Assembly (NCBI GenBank): GCA_965240325.2
Contig: OZ251237.1
Location: forward strand, 62,001-126,000
Source: Rebecca billardiae RCC1528
Lineage: Eukaryota > Protista > Haptophyta
Length of the DNA: 64,000 bases
Direction of reading: 5' to 3'
A program made the position numbers and the translations under genes. Positions 20,187 to 29,094 of the stretch are shown piece after piece; positions within the stretch are counted from its first letter, which is position 1, and every line of letters begins with the position of its first letter. The notes below the pieces were generated by a model. That model saw nothing but the letters and a program-made list of their open reading frames with translations, did not search any database and was not told where the DNA came from.

Positions 20187-20489
20187 GCCGCCTCCATCGG
20201 CCGTCTTTAGCGCCGAGTGCATGCTCAGCTGCATATCGGAATTGCTATCCTCCTTGTTTTGCCGAGGATGACGCTCGCGCCAGAGTGCCTGACGTTTCTT
20301 GAGCAGCTCCCGGTTGCATGCGATGCAGATCTTGGCCCGGTAAACACGCTTGTTCTTGCGACGATAGTTCATCTCGAGTGCGGGCACGTATTTCTCACAT
20401 GCTTTACAGTGGGCGTACAGGCCCTTGAGCTCGGCTGGATTCTCCGGCCCCATGCGACCATCCTCGACGGTCGTGAAGGTGGTCTTCAT
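20172..20489 (-). CDS. Small zinc-ribbon protein (CKAC..CIAC) with basic helix
   Basis: Two CxxC pairs followed by a basic helix; the shared upstream motif precedes ATG 20489. Confidence 0.65.
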   Translation of the reverse strand: MKTTFTTVEDGRMGPENPAELKGLYAHCKACEKYVPALEMNYRRKNKRVYRAKICIACNRELLKKRQALWRERHPRQNKEDSNSDMQLSMHSALKTADGGGLSSM

Positions 20490-20563
20490 ACTTAACACAC
20501 CGCAGAAATTATTTAGCCACCGACCACCCGCTCGCCACTATGGCGGTTGGGTGGTGGCTGGCC

Positions 20564-20808
20564 TCGTAGCGCGCAGTGTGTCGAAGTGGCGTCTAAATTT
20601 TCGCTTGTGAAAGCATGGTTTTCAGCGCGAAAATCACCGGCATTTGCCAGTCTCGTTTCGGGTGGCAAACACCGGTGATTTCGGAGGGGCGGGAGGGATG
20701 GAGGGTGTGCGCGGATGCGCGAAAATGACCTGCGAGTGCCGGCCATTTTGTGACGGCGCGGCGGCTGGGGGTAAACTGTCCTGGTGAGTAGGTAATACCT
20801 TCTCTCTC
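20564..20808 (-). repeat. PLV right terminal inverted repeat
   Basis: Reverse complement of 6943-7187. Confidence 0.95.
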
Positions 20809-21236
20809 AGCCCTACATACACGGTGCGAGGCTCAGTAGACAGTAGGGGCGCGCGCTTGATGCGTGCCCTGCGCAGTTGTCAACGCAGGCTGCACCCGCC
20901 ACCCGCCCCAGCGTCCGCAGCACTCGGGACCGTGGCGGCAGCAGCTCACCTTGACGATGTGATACTTGACCGTTGACGACCGTCAGCTGTCTTAAGTATG
21001 ACGCTGCGGCTGCCAGCTAACCATCAATCTGAGCAGTTCATTTTTAAAGACGAAGTCCTCAGGGCTGGCACGTGCGCACGGCGGCGTCGTCTGCATATCA
21101 GCGAGTGCCGAGTCTGCAGCGCGCTGTCTGCACCCGGCTCAGATCAACGTCTGAAGGTGGTCGTGATTCGTGAAGCTGCCGCCGGCGTGCAGCGGCGGCT
21201 GCAACTCACTCTCTAGTATTATTGAATATGGTAGGA

Positions 21237-22217
21237 CTACACGACAGCGTCAGCGGGCGCAGCTGCGACAGAGGCTTCCCCTGCTGCCTGTGCCGCGCAC
21301 CACGCGTTGCAGTGGGGCTTGTGCACCTTCCACGAGCTGCGCAGGTGCTCACGCGAGCAGAAGACCGCCACGTGGCACCGCTCGCACTTCTTCAGACCGC
21401 GGCCTGTCCGTCCGCAGGCGATGCAGCACTGGGAGACCACCTCACGCTCTCCAGCTGCATTGGCCAGTGCAGTGCACGCTGCATCACTGAGGTTGGGATC
21501 GAGCTCTTGGCCACGGCGCAGCAGCTGCGCGCCCTCCTCCACGTCACGCTCCACTCCATCACCGTGCAGCAAAAACTGTCCCAGCGAGATGTGTGCACCT
21601 GCGCACCCACCATCAGGCCCATTAGCAGCCAGGCGGAACCAGCGCACCGCCTCGCCCGAGTCCTGCTGCACACCCTCGCCTTGCGCGTAGCACAGGCCCA
21701 GATGGGACTGCGCTTGAGTAACGCCCTGCTCGGCGGCCAGCCGCAACCAGCGCGCCGCCTCGGCCATATCCTGCTGCACGCCCTCGCCACGCGCGTAGCA
21801 CAGGCCCAGATTGTACTGCGCCTCAGTATAGCCCTGCTCGGCCGCCCGCCGGTACCAGCGCACTGCCTCGCCCCAGTCCTGCTGCACACCCTCGCCTTGC
21901 GCGTAGCACAGGCCCAGATTACCCTGCGCGTGAGCATAACCCTGCTCGGCCCCCAGCCGGTACCAGCGCGCGGCTGCCTCGAGGTCCACGGACTGACCAA
22001 GCTTGCCTTCCGTGCAGATGTTGCCCATGTGTACCTGCGCCTTGGCGAAGCCGCGCTCGGCGGCGAGGGTGTACAGGCGAAAGGCTTCGCGCGCGTCCTG
22101 CGCGATACCGTCACCAACCTCTACCCGCTGCGCCAGAAGGAATGTCGCTCGCGCGTCGCCGCGCCCCGACTTGCGCCAGAGGAGACCGACCGCCGCCGCG
22201 GAAGCGTCCGCCGCCAT
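21237..22217 (-). CDS. Sel1-repeat protein with C-terminal MYND zinc finger (intronless)
   Basis: Repeated AQxNLGxCYxxGEGVQQDxxEAVRWYRxAAEQG; MYND CIAC..CERC..FCSREH..W..HKPHC. Confidence 0.9.
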   Translation of the reverse strand: MAADASAAAVGLLWRKSGRGDARATFLLAQRVEVGDGIAQDAREAFRLYTLAAERGFAKAQVHMGNICTEGKLGQSVDLEAAARWYRLGAEQGYAHAQGNLGLCYAQGEGVQQDWGEAVRWYRRAAEQGYTEAQYNLGLCYARGEGVQQDMAEAARWLRLAAEQGVTQAQSHLGLCYAQGEGVQQDSGEAVRWFRLAANGPDGGCAGAHISLGQFLLHGDGVERDVEEGAQLLRRGQELDPNLSDAACTALANAAGEREVVSQCCIACGRTGRGLKKCERCHVAVFCSREHLRSSWKVHKPHCNAWCAAQAAGEASVAAAPADAVV

Positions 22218-24790
22218 AAGCCCCTGCCACTTTTTGAGCCCTGCTGTTTGAGCCTACTTTGGGCGGCTTGGTGCGAGGTAGTGAGTGGCGGGCGCACACA
22301 GGCGAACGCGTCAGACGCGTAGGCGCGGTCGAGTAGCCCCGCCCCCCGCCACGCGCCAGCCCGTCCGTCCGCTGTGCGCGCGTGAACCTCGGCAGCGCGA
22401 GGGCGGTGCACCTGATGGCGAGCCACTCGAAGGGACGACCAAACCCCATCGCTAAAAGCCTAAAACCAGTTTGAAGTTCAGACGTGCAATCCGGCCGAAT
22501 CCGGCGAGGAAGGTCCCGGTCTGATTCCCTTGGCGTTCTCGATCCCAGCGCTGCGGACCAGTCATATTTACGTGAAGTTGGCTCCCCCGGACGTGCCACA
22601 CGTCTCAGTCTGTACTCTTATGCGCATCCGAGCAGAGGCCCCACACCCACGAGGGAATGTGCAGCACGCGGGGCGGGGCGGGTAGCCCGTTGCTCCGCGC
22701 GAGCGCGGGTACGCGCTGTATGTGCCGCATGTCGACCGCGATGGCGTAATCGAGCGCCTCGCCGGCGACGAAGCCGCCAGAGTAGATCATGTGCATGTCC
22801 TCCTGCCAGCCGAGAGCGGTCGTCGCGAGGATGCTTGCCGATGTCCGCTCCAGGCATGATGGGCTCGGCGCAGGTCGCGTTGACGTCGTACACGGCCGCC
22901 ACGCTGAGCACGAGCGCGTTGACGTTCACGCGGTCGTCGCTCTTCGCATCTTCGACAGGTCTGGCGCTCGTGTGCTCGGCGGCACAAGGAGCTGTTGGTT
23001 GTGCGCGCGCGCGCGCACAGCGACAGCGTGTGCCACTCGCGATCGAGAGTGGGCAAGCGCTGCTCACGCGGGCACACGAATCGCAGCGCATCCGTCACCG
23101 GCGTGACGACTTCCGCCTCGTCCCGCAGCGCCTGCGCCATGGACGAGGATGGCGCGGTGATGTTGCATGCTCGACGTTTCATCTCTCTGCGGATGGCATC
23201 ACGGGCTTGTCTGTGTCGCGCTGCGGCGAGGGTCGCCAACTCGCAATGACGCGGTTGTTGCCACGGCGACAGACCCGGGAGGTGCGTCCGCTGCGCGTCG
23301 TACGCCGTTGGCGGTGCGCTTCCGTCGCATTGGTCACCGTCGACGCCATGCAGGCCGGACATGGGCTTCGGCTGAGGGACCGGACCAGCGAGCGAGGACT
23401 GAGTCCGGTGCGCGGTTCCGGCGATCGAGTTCAGAAGGCCGCGCCAAATGTGGCTGAGTCAGTTCTTCGGCGAAGGGAAACTTTTTTCGAGCAAAGCGCG
23501 GTTGAAGAAAGTGAAAACCCGCTGACTCACCCGCCAACTCAGAGCGGCCGCGCAGCATGTCTGCCGTGGCGCCGGGACCGCTGGGCCGTCATGGAAGAGC
23601 CGGTGGGTCGGAGCCAACTGGGCTCGGTCGCATACGAGTCTGTAGGGAGGTGATCGTAGCGAGCACCGCTGACATGCGGCATGCTGGACGAGGAGTGACT
23701 GAGACGTGCAGCAGCTGCTCGCGGCCATCCACCGACGCGGACTGCCTCGACAACGGACAAGCGGCAGACACGCTACCTGCAGGCCTGACAGGGGGCACTG
23801 AGCAAGCTGCGCCAGTGGGTGCGGCATTGGCCTGCGTTTCTAGCTGCGCCGTGACATCTTGACACGCTCGTCGCCGCCCGGCGGCGCGCGCGCGCTGCGC
23901 GCGCGGCGCGGCTGAGCCCGAGTGGAGCGCCTCAGATCCTATCTGACTCAAGCTTCTCAGAAATTCCAAAAATGGCTTTTCTCGCCCAATTTTCGTCCTT
24001 TTTCGACGTTCTTGGGCTCTACGTGCTCCTCTCGACGAGGCGCATCGGGCAGGCTAGCTAACTCAGATCGCGACCACTGCACCAAAAAGTGCGTAACTTC
24101 TAACTGACTCAGCCACAAATCCGTTGCGTCGCGTGCGATGGCGCTTCCCGCCCGCGAGACACCTCGTGATGAGGGCCTTTCCGCACCGCACCCGACGCGC
24201 GGCGGTGGATCGCGCGAGGTGGTTGTCGTGCGCAGCGCTTGCTACTTTGGCCCGTGCGAGCGCTCGACGTGCAAGTCAGGCGAGGACCGCCCCAGGTCGC
24301 ACGATCGTGTCGACGCGCCGAGCGTACCTCCCGCAAACGCGTCGACTTTGGCCCTCGTTCGACCTGCACGCGAGACGACGAGGGCAGCAATCGCTAGTCG
24401 GGCGAGCGTCCCCAGTGGGAGCTGCGAGGGCGCCCGGTAGTGAGCGAAGCGACCCGGCAGTGAGCGAGGCGATTTTCCTTTATTCTTTGCGAGGCGATTT
24501 TCTTTTTTCCTTTTAGGGCTTATTAACTGTCAGATTACCCAGTCCCAGAGCGCGCGGAGTTGAAAATCCATCTTTTTTGTCAAAACTGGGCGCAAGTCAG
24601 GTATTCCTGCCGGCGGATCGCGTGATGGAAGGAGCGCTGCAGCGGCGCCTTCTCCCCCGGGCGAGCCCGGCGCCAGCGGCGCGGCGCGCGCGCGGCTGGG
24701 ACTCGGCGCTCGCGCTCGGCCTGCACTGCACCCGCACCGGATGTCCTCGCTCCGGCCGGTGCCGGCGGCGGACCGGGCCCCGCCGCCGGC

Positions 24791-26038
24791 TCAGTGATGG
24801 CCGCGGCGATGCTTGCGGATCGACGGCTCCCAGCACGAATCGCTGACGCCGCACTGCGCCCCGCAGCAGTCGCACATGCACGCCCACCGCTCGTCTAAGC
24901 TGGGCTTGTCGTTGCCGTGAAAGTTGCCGTTTCGGTGGCCGCAGCTGCCCCAATCGGTGTGCGAGCAGCGGTGGCCGATGCACCCCTGGCAGACGTGCGC
25001 CTCGTTCTCGTCGAGCACGCGCGGGGCCTTCTTGCCCAGCTCGGCGGCGAGCACCTCCGGCTTCTGCAGCTCCTCCTCCTCCTCCGCCTCCTCCTCCGCC
25101 GCCTCCTCCGCCGCCGCCTCCGCCGCCATGCTCGCGTTGAGCGCGGCGCCGAGCTGCAGGCCAGGGCCTGAGACCGGGCCGCTCGGAGCAGGCGCGGCGT
25201 CCTGCTTGCCGCCAGCGAAGGCCATCGCCGCGCCCGCGCCGCCTCCACCGATCAGCAGCAGCGCGAGCAGCAGCAGGTACCATGGCTTCTTCTTCTTCTT
25301 CTTCTGCTTCTCATTCGCCTGCTCCTCCTCAGCGCGCTTGGCCGCCTGCGCGGCCGCCGCCTCCGCCGCCGCCTCCACCGCCTCCGGCGATGGCGGCGTC
25401 CATGGCGGCGCCCGCTCCGCCACCGCCTCCGTCTCCTTTGGCGGCGCTGCGGGCACGTTCACGAGCACCGCTGCGGCCGCCGGTGCCGCCACCGGCGCCG
25501 CGCCCGGCGCCGCCCCCTCGACAAGGTCGGTCGGGTCGACCTCTCCGATGTCGCCGAGCTCGCCGGGCTCCGATCCGGGCTCTGCCGTGGAGTTCGAGCG
25601 GGACGGCTCGGCCGTCTGCACGCCGCTCGCGTAGTGATGGTGCTGCACGTGGAGATGGCCGTGGCCGCTACTGCGACGGCTGCCGCTTCCGCGACGGCTG
25701 CCGTGACGGCCGCCGCCCTCCTCGTCCGTCGGCGCATGTGGATCCGGTGGGACGAGCAGTTCCCCGGGCGAGCCGAGCAGCTGGCGGGAGAGTCGCCTGA
25801 AGACAGAGTCACCTCCAGGCGGTGGCGAGACCAGGATGTCGTGCGCGCCGGTCGGCTGCTCGGCGGTGATGGGCGTCGCAGCCTCCGCGGGCGTCTGCCC
25901 GAGGAACGGGCGCGACAGCCGGCGGAAGACGGACACGGGTGTGCTCTCCGCCTGGCGGGACCGTTGTCCACGTGCATCTGGGGACGATGGCTGGCTGGGC
26001 GGACGCGCAATCGGGTCCCACAGCGGCCCGACGGGCAT
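24791..26038 (-). CDS. Putative type II membrane protein with C-terminal Cys-rich domain
   Basis: Poly-K, then hydrophobic WYLLLLALLLIGG, an acidic stalk and a 10-Cys module. Start codon uncertain. Confidence 0.55.
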   Translation of the reverse strand: MPVGPLWDPIARPPSQPSSPDARGQRSRQAESTPVSVFRRLSRPFLGQTPAEAATPITAEQPTGAHDILVSPPPGGDSVFRRLSRQLLGSPGELLVPPDPHAPTDEEGGGRHGSRRGSGSRRSSGHGHLHVQHHHYASGVQTAEPSRSNSTAEPGSEPGELGDIGEVDPTDLVEGAAPGAAPVAAPAAAAVLVNVPAAPPKETEAVAERAPPWTPPSPEAVEAAAEAAAAQAAKRAEEEQANEKQKKKKKKPWYLLLLALLLIGGGGAGAAMAFAGGKQDAAPAPSGPVSGPGLQLGAALNASMAAEAAAEEAAEEEAEEEEELQKPEVLAAELGKKAPRVLDENEAHVCQGCIGHRCSHTDWGSCGHRNGNFHGNDKPSLDERWACMCDCCGAQCGVSDSCWEPSIRKHRRGHH

Positions 26039-26623
26039 CCTAACGCAACGCCGCTGTCGTCAGCCGCGTCGCCGGCGCTGATGATGTCGTCCGCCGACTG
26101 CCGATCACTTTTGATGAGCCACTCGGCTAAAAAGTGCGGCAGCGTCGCAAAAAGAGCCAGCCATCGCTCTCGACTTCGTGCGCCAACCGGAATGAAGCGG
26201 CTTCCAAGCCGCGGGCGTGAACATGCAGGCGAAGTGACGAACTTGAGAAACTGCTGGAGACTCGAATCGATCAGAATTCCGGTACAGTGGTTAGGTCAAT
26301 CGACCGTCATTCTGTCAGAGTCATCACGGTCCCGGCTAAGAAGCTGCCGCGTACGTGGCTATGCTGCTGACGTCAAGTCGCCTACATATCCTGATCATCG
26401 TCATCATGAAGCATCAAGACATGTACATAGACGTTGAACATTTCCTGGCGGGCCGCGTGCCGGCTCGGTGCGCGCCAGCTCGGTGCGCGCACCGCTCGCG
26501 CTCGGTGCGCGCCCGGGGCCGGTCAGGCCGCGCTGCAAGCCCGTGGATTCCCACGGGGCACGTCCAGGCGCAGCGGCGACGCCCAGGCTGGGCGCAGATA
26601 TTGACAGGCTCGCTTCCACAGCT

Positions 26624-27832
26624 TCACTTCTTCTTTGCCGGGCGGTACACGCTGATGACCACCGCGTGGTCGCGTTCATACGGCCTGCGCGCGAGGCGAG
26701 CGGCGCCACGCGCGGCGGGCGGCCAAGGGTCGGCTCACGGCGCGCGGTGGGCGCGCGCGCGCGCGCACGCGGCCGGCGGCCGCCCACGACGACGCCACAC
26801 GCGCGCGTGCGCGCGCGCGCGCACTCGAGCGTGATCTGCTCGAGCGGCTTGAAGTTCTCCTCCTGCAGCTTCTTGACCTCCTTGGCAAACACGGCCTCGG
26901 GCGTGGCGGTCGAGTCGATGCAGTTCGCCTTGATCGAGATGACGGAGTGGCCGCCGTTCTTGAGGAACTGGTGCGCGTTGAGCGCGACGATGCGCGCCTG
27001 GTCGGGCTGCGCCACGTCCGCGAACACCACGTCGACCATCCCGACGAGCATGCGGTACTTGAGCGGGTGGCGCGCGTCCTCGATGATCGGGATCACGTTG
27101 GTGCGCTTCTTGGCCATGTTGATCAGGTCGCGCCCGGGCCGGTGCGAGAACTCGACGGCGTACACGACGCCCTCGTCGCCGACGACGTCGGCGACGTGGC
27201 TCACCGACGTGCCCGACGCCGCGCCGAGGTACAGCACCTTGCTCCCCGGCGCGATCCAGATGTTGTCCACGCCGCCCAGCACCGCGGCCGCCAGCTTTGA
27301 GCGGAACGGGTTCCAAACGCGGTACTCGGTCTTCACCTCGTTCTCCTGCGGCAGCGGGGGGCGGTGGGGGTCGGGGTGGAACGGGGTGCGTGGGGGGTCG
27401 TGCACGGGGGAGGGCTCGCGCGCCGCGCGCCGCGGCGCGCACCTCGACGCTGATGCGCTTCTCGCCGTACACGGCCTCGCCCGGCACGAGGTTCTTTGTG
27501 ACGAGCGCGTCGTCCTTGCCGCGCGCGATGTAGATGCCCGCGAAGCGGTGCTGCTCGACGATGACCTTGGCACCGCCCTTCATCCCGCCGCGCCCGCCGC
27601 CGCGCCCGCCACCGCGCCCGCCGCGCCCAGGGGGGCCGCGCCCGCCGCCGCGCCCGCCGCGGCCGGGCGGGCCGCCGCGCGCGCCGCCGCGGCCGGGGGG
27701 CCCACCGCGGCCGCGGCCGCCGTCCCGCCCGCCGCCTCGGCCGCCCGGGCTCCCACGGCCCCCACCACGGAAGCCGCCGCCGCCACCCCTGCCGCCGCCG
27801 CCCCGCCCCCCACCTCTGAAGTCGGTCCCCAT
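26624..27832 (-). CDS. FBL: Fibrillarin (rRNA 2'-O-methyltransferase), 3 exons
   Basis: GAR domain; [45 protein letters not shown]. Confidence 0.97.
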
Positions 27833-28058
27833 GTGTCGATCTCGAGATCGACGTCCACGGGCGTCTGCCACGAGCTCGATCGCACCCCCGACGTCGCGCG
27901 ACGCCGCACGATGGCGGCGTTTGCGGGCGTGAGTTCTGGCAGATCTCGGATCGCGAGATTACGATTCGCGGGCAGCGATCGCCCCATCATCACGGTGGGG
28001 CCCTGCGGTGTTGGAGACGGAGGACGACTGCGCGCTGAAGCGAGCGAGGTACGCCACC

Positions 28059-28871
28059 ATGCGCCACCTCGGTCGGCTCGACCCGAAGACGTGCCTCTTC
28101 ATGATGTGCGACGTGCAGGAGGCCTTCCGCTCCGCCATCCACAAGATGCCCGCGGTGATCGCGACCGCCGAGCGGATGATCACCACGGCGCGCACGCTCA
28201 ACGTGCCGATGTGCGTGACCGAGCAGTACCCGAAGGGGCTCAAAAACACCGTGTCGGAGCTCGATATCTCAGGCTTTGCCAAGGTGCGGCGCGCGGGCCC
28301 ACCGGCCGTGTGCGACGCCACCGCGCGCGCCGATGAGGAATGCACATCCAAGATCTGCACAGACTTCAGAATGACGAAAACGAATTACATTCGCACCGAG
28401 GCACGCGAGCCGTGGGCCTCGGGGGGCTGCGCCCGCCCGCGCGCGACCACGCCGCCTCACCCGCGCGCGCCCTCCGCTCCTTCCTCCTCTCTCCCTCCGC
28501 TCCTTCTTCAGTTTGAGAAGACGTGCTTCACGATGCTCTCGCCCGAGGTGCGCACATGGCTGCGCACCGACGAGCTCAAGGAGCGCAAGAGCGTGGTGCT
28601 CTTCGGGATCGAGGCGCACGTGTGCGTGCAGCAGACGACGCTCGACCTGCTGGAGGAGGGGTACGACGTGCACCTGCTGCTCGACGGCGTGAGTAGTCAG
28701 ACGGTCACCGACCGCGGCGTCGCGCTCTCGCGGCTGCAGAGCGCGGGCGCGTTCTGCACGACGAGCGAGAGCGTCCTGATGGAGCTCATCCGCGGCAAGG
28801 AGCACGAGAGCTTCAAGCCCATCTCGGCGCTGCTGCGCACCCGGCCCGACGACCCGCTCGAGGGATTCTAG
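28059..28871 (+). CDS. Isochorismatase domain-containing protein (ISOC1/2-like)
   Basis: CDVQEAF, TEQYPKGL, EKTCFTM, GIEAHVCV; intron about 28284-28511. Confidence 0.9.
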   Translation: MRHLGRLDPKTCLFMMCDVQEAFRSAIHKMPAVIATAERMITTARTLNVPMCVTEQYPKGLKNTVSELDISGFAKVRRAGPPAVCDATARADEECTSKICTDFRMTKTNYIRTEAREPWASGGCARPRATTPPHPRAPSAPSSSLPPLLLQFEKTCFTMLSPEVRTWLRTDELKERKSVVLFGIEAHVCVQQTTLDLLEEGYDVHLLLDGVSSQTVTDRGVALSRLQSAGAFCTTSESVLMELIRGKEHESFKPISALLRTRPDDPLEGF

Positions 28872-29094
28872 AGGACTGGTGTGCGGCAGTCAGCGGTAGC
28901 TCCGGACGCGATGAATTAGGAATATTAGGTTGCTGGGCGACGAAAAGAAATCCTCCTAGCAATAAGGCGCTATTCACTTTGGGCCGCCATCGTTTCGAGC
29001 GAATCCGAAACGGCCCAAATTTTCGCCTCGCCCAAAGGACGAGCGTCCAAATCCCTCCATCCAGTGTAGCCGTCGTACAAAGACGGTGGCGGCC

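Larger units (their letters stand above)
6943..20808. mobile_element. Endogenous Polinton-like virus (PLV), 13,866 bp, pPolB-encoding, no recognisable integrase
   Basis: 245-bp TIRs beginning GAGAGAGA and ending TCTCTCTC. Contains pPolB, A32 ATPase, mCP, MCP, lipase, GIY-YIG-like and Tlr6F-like genes. Intronless, densely packed and lower in GC than the host. Confidence 0.95.

Noticed and set aside
6937-20814. 5-6 bp target-site duplication of the PLV
   Set aside because: The flanks TCCACC and AGCCCT do not match at any offset.
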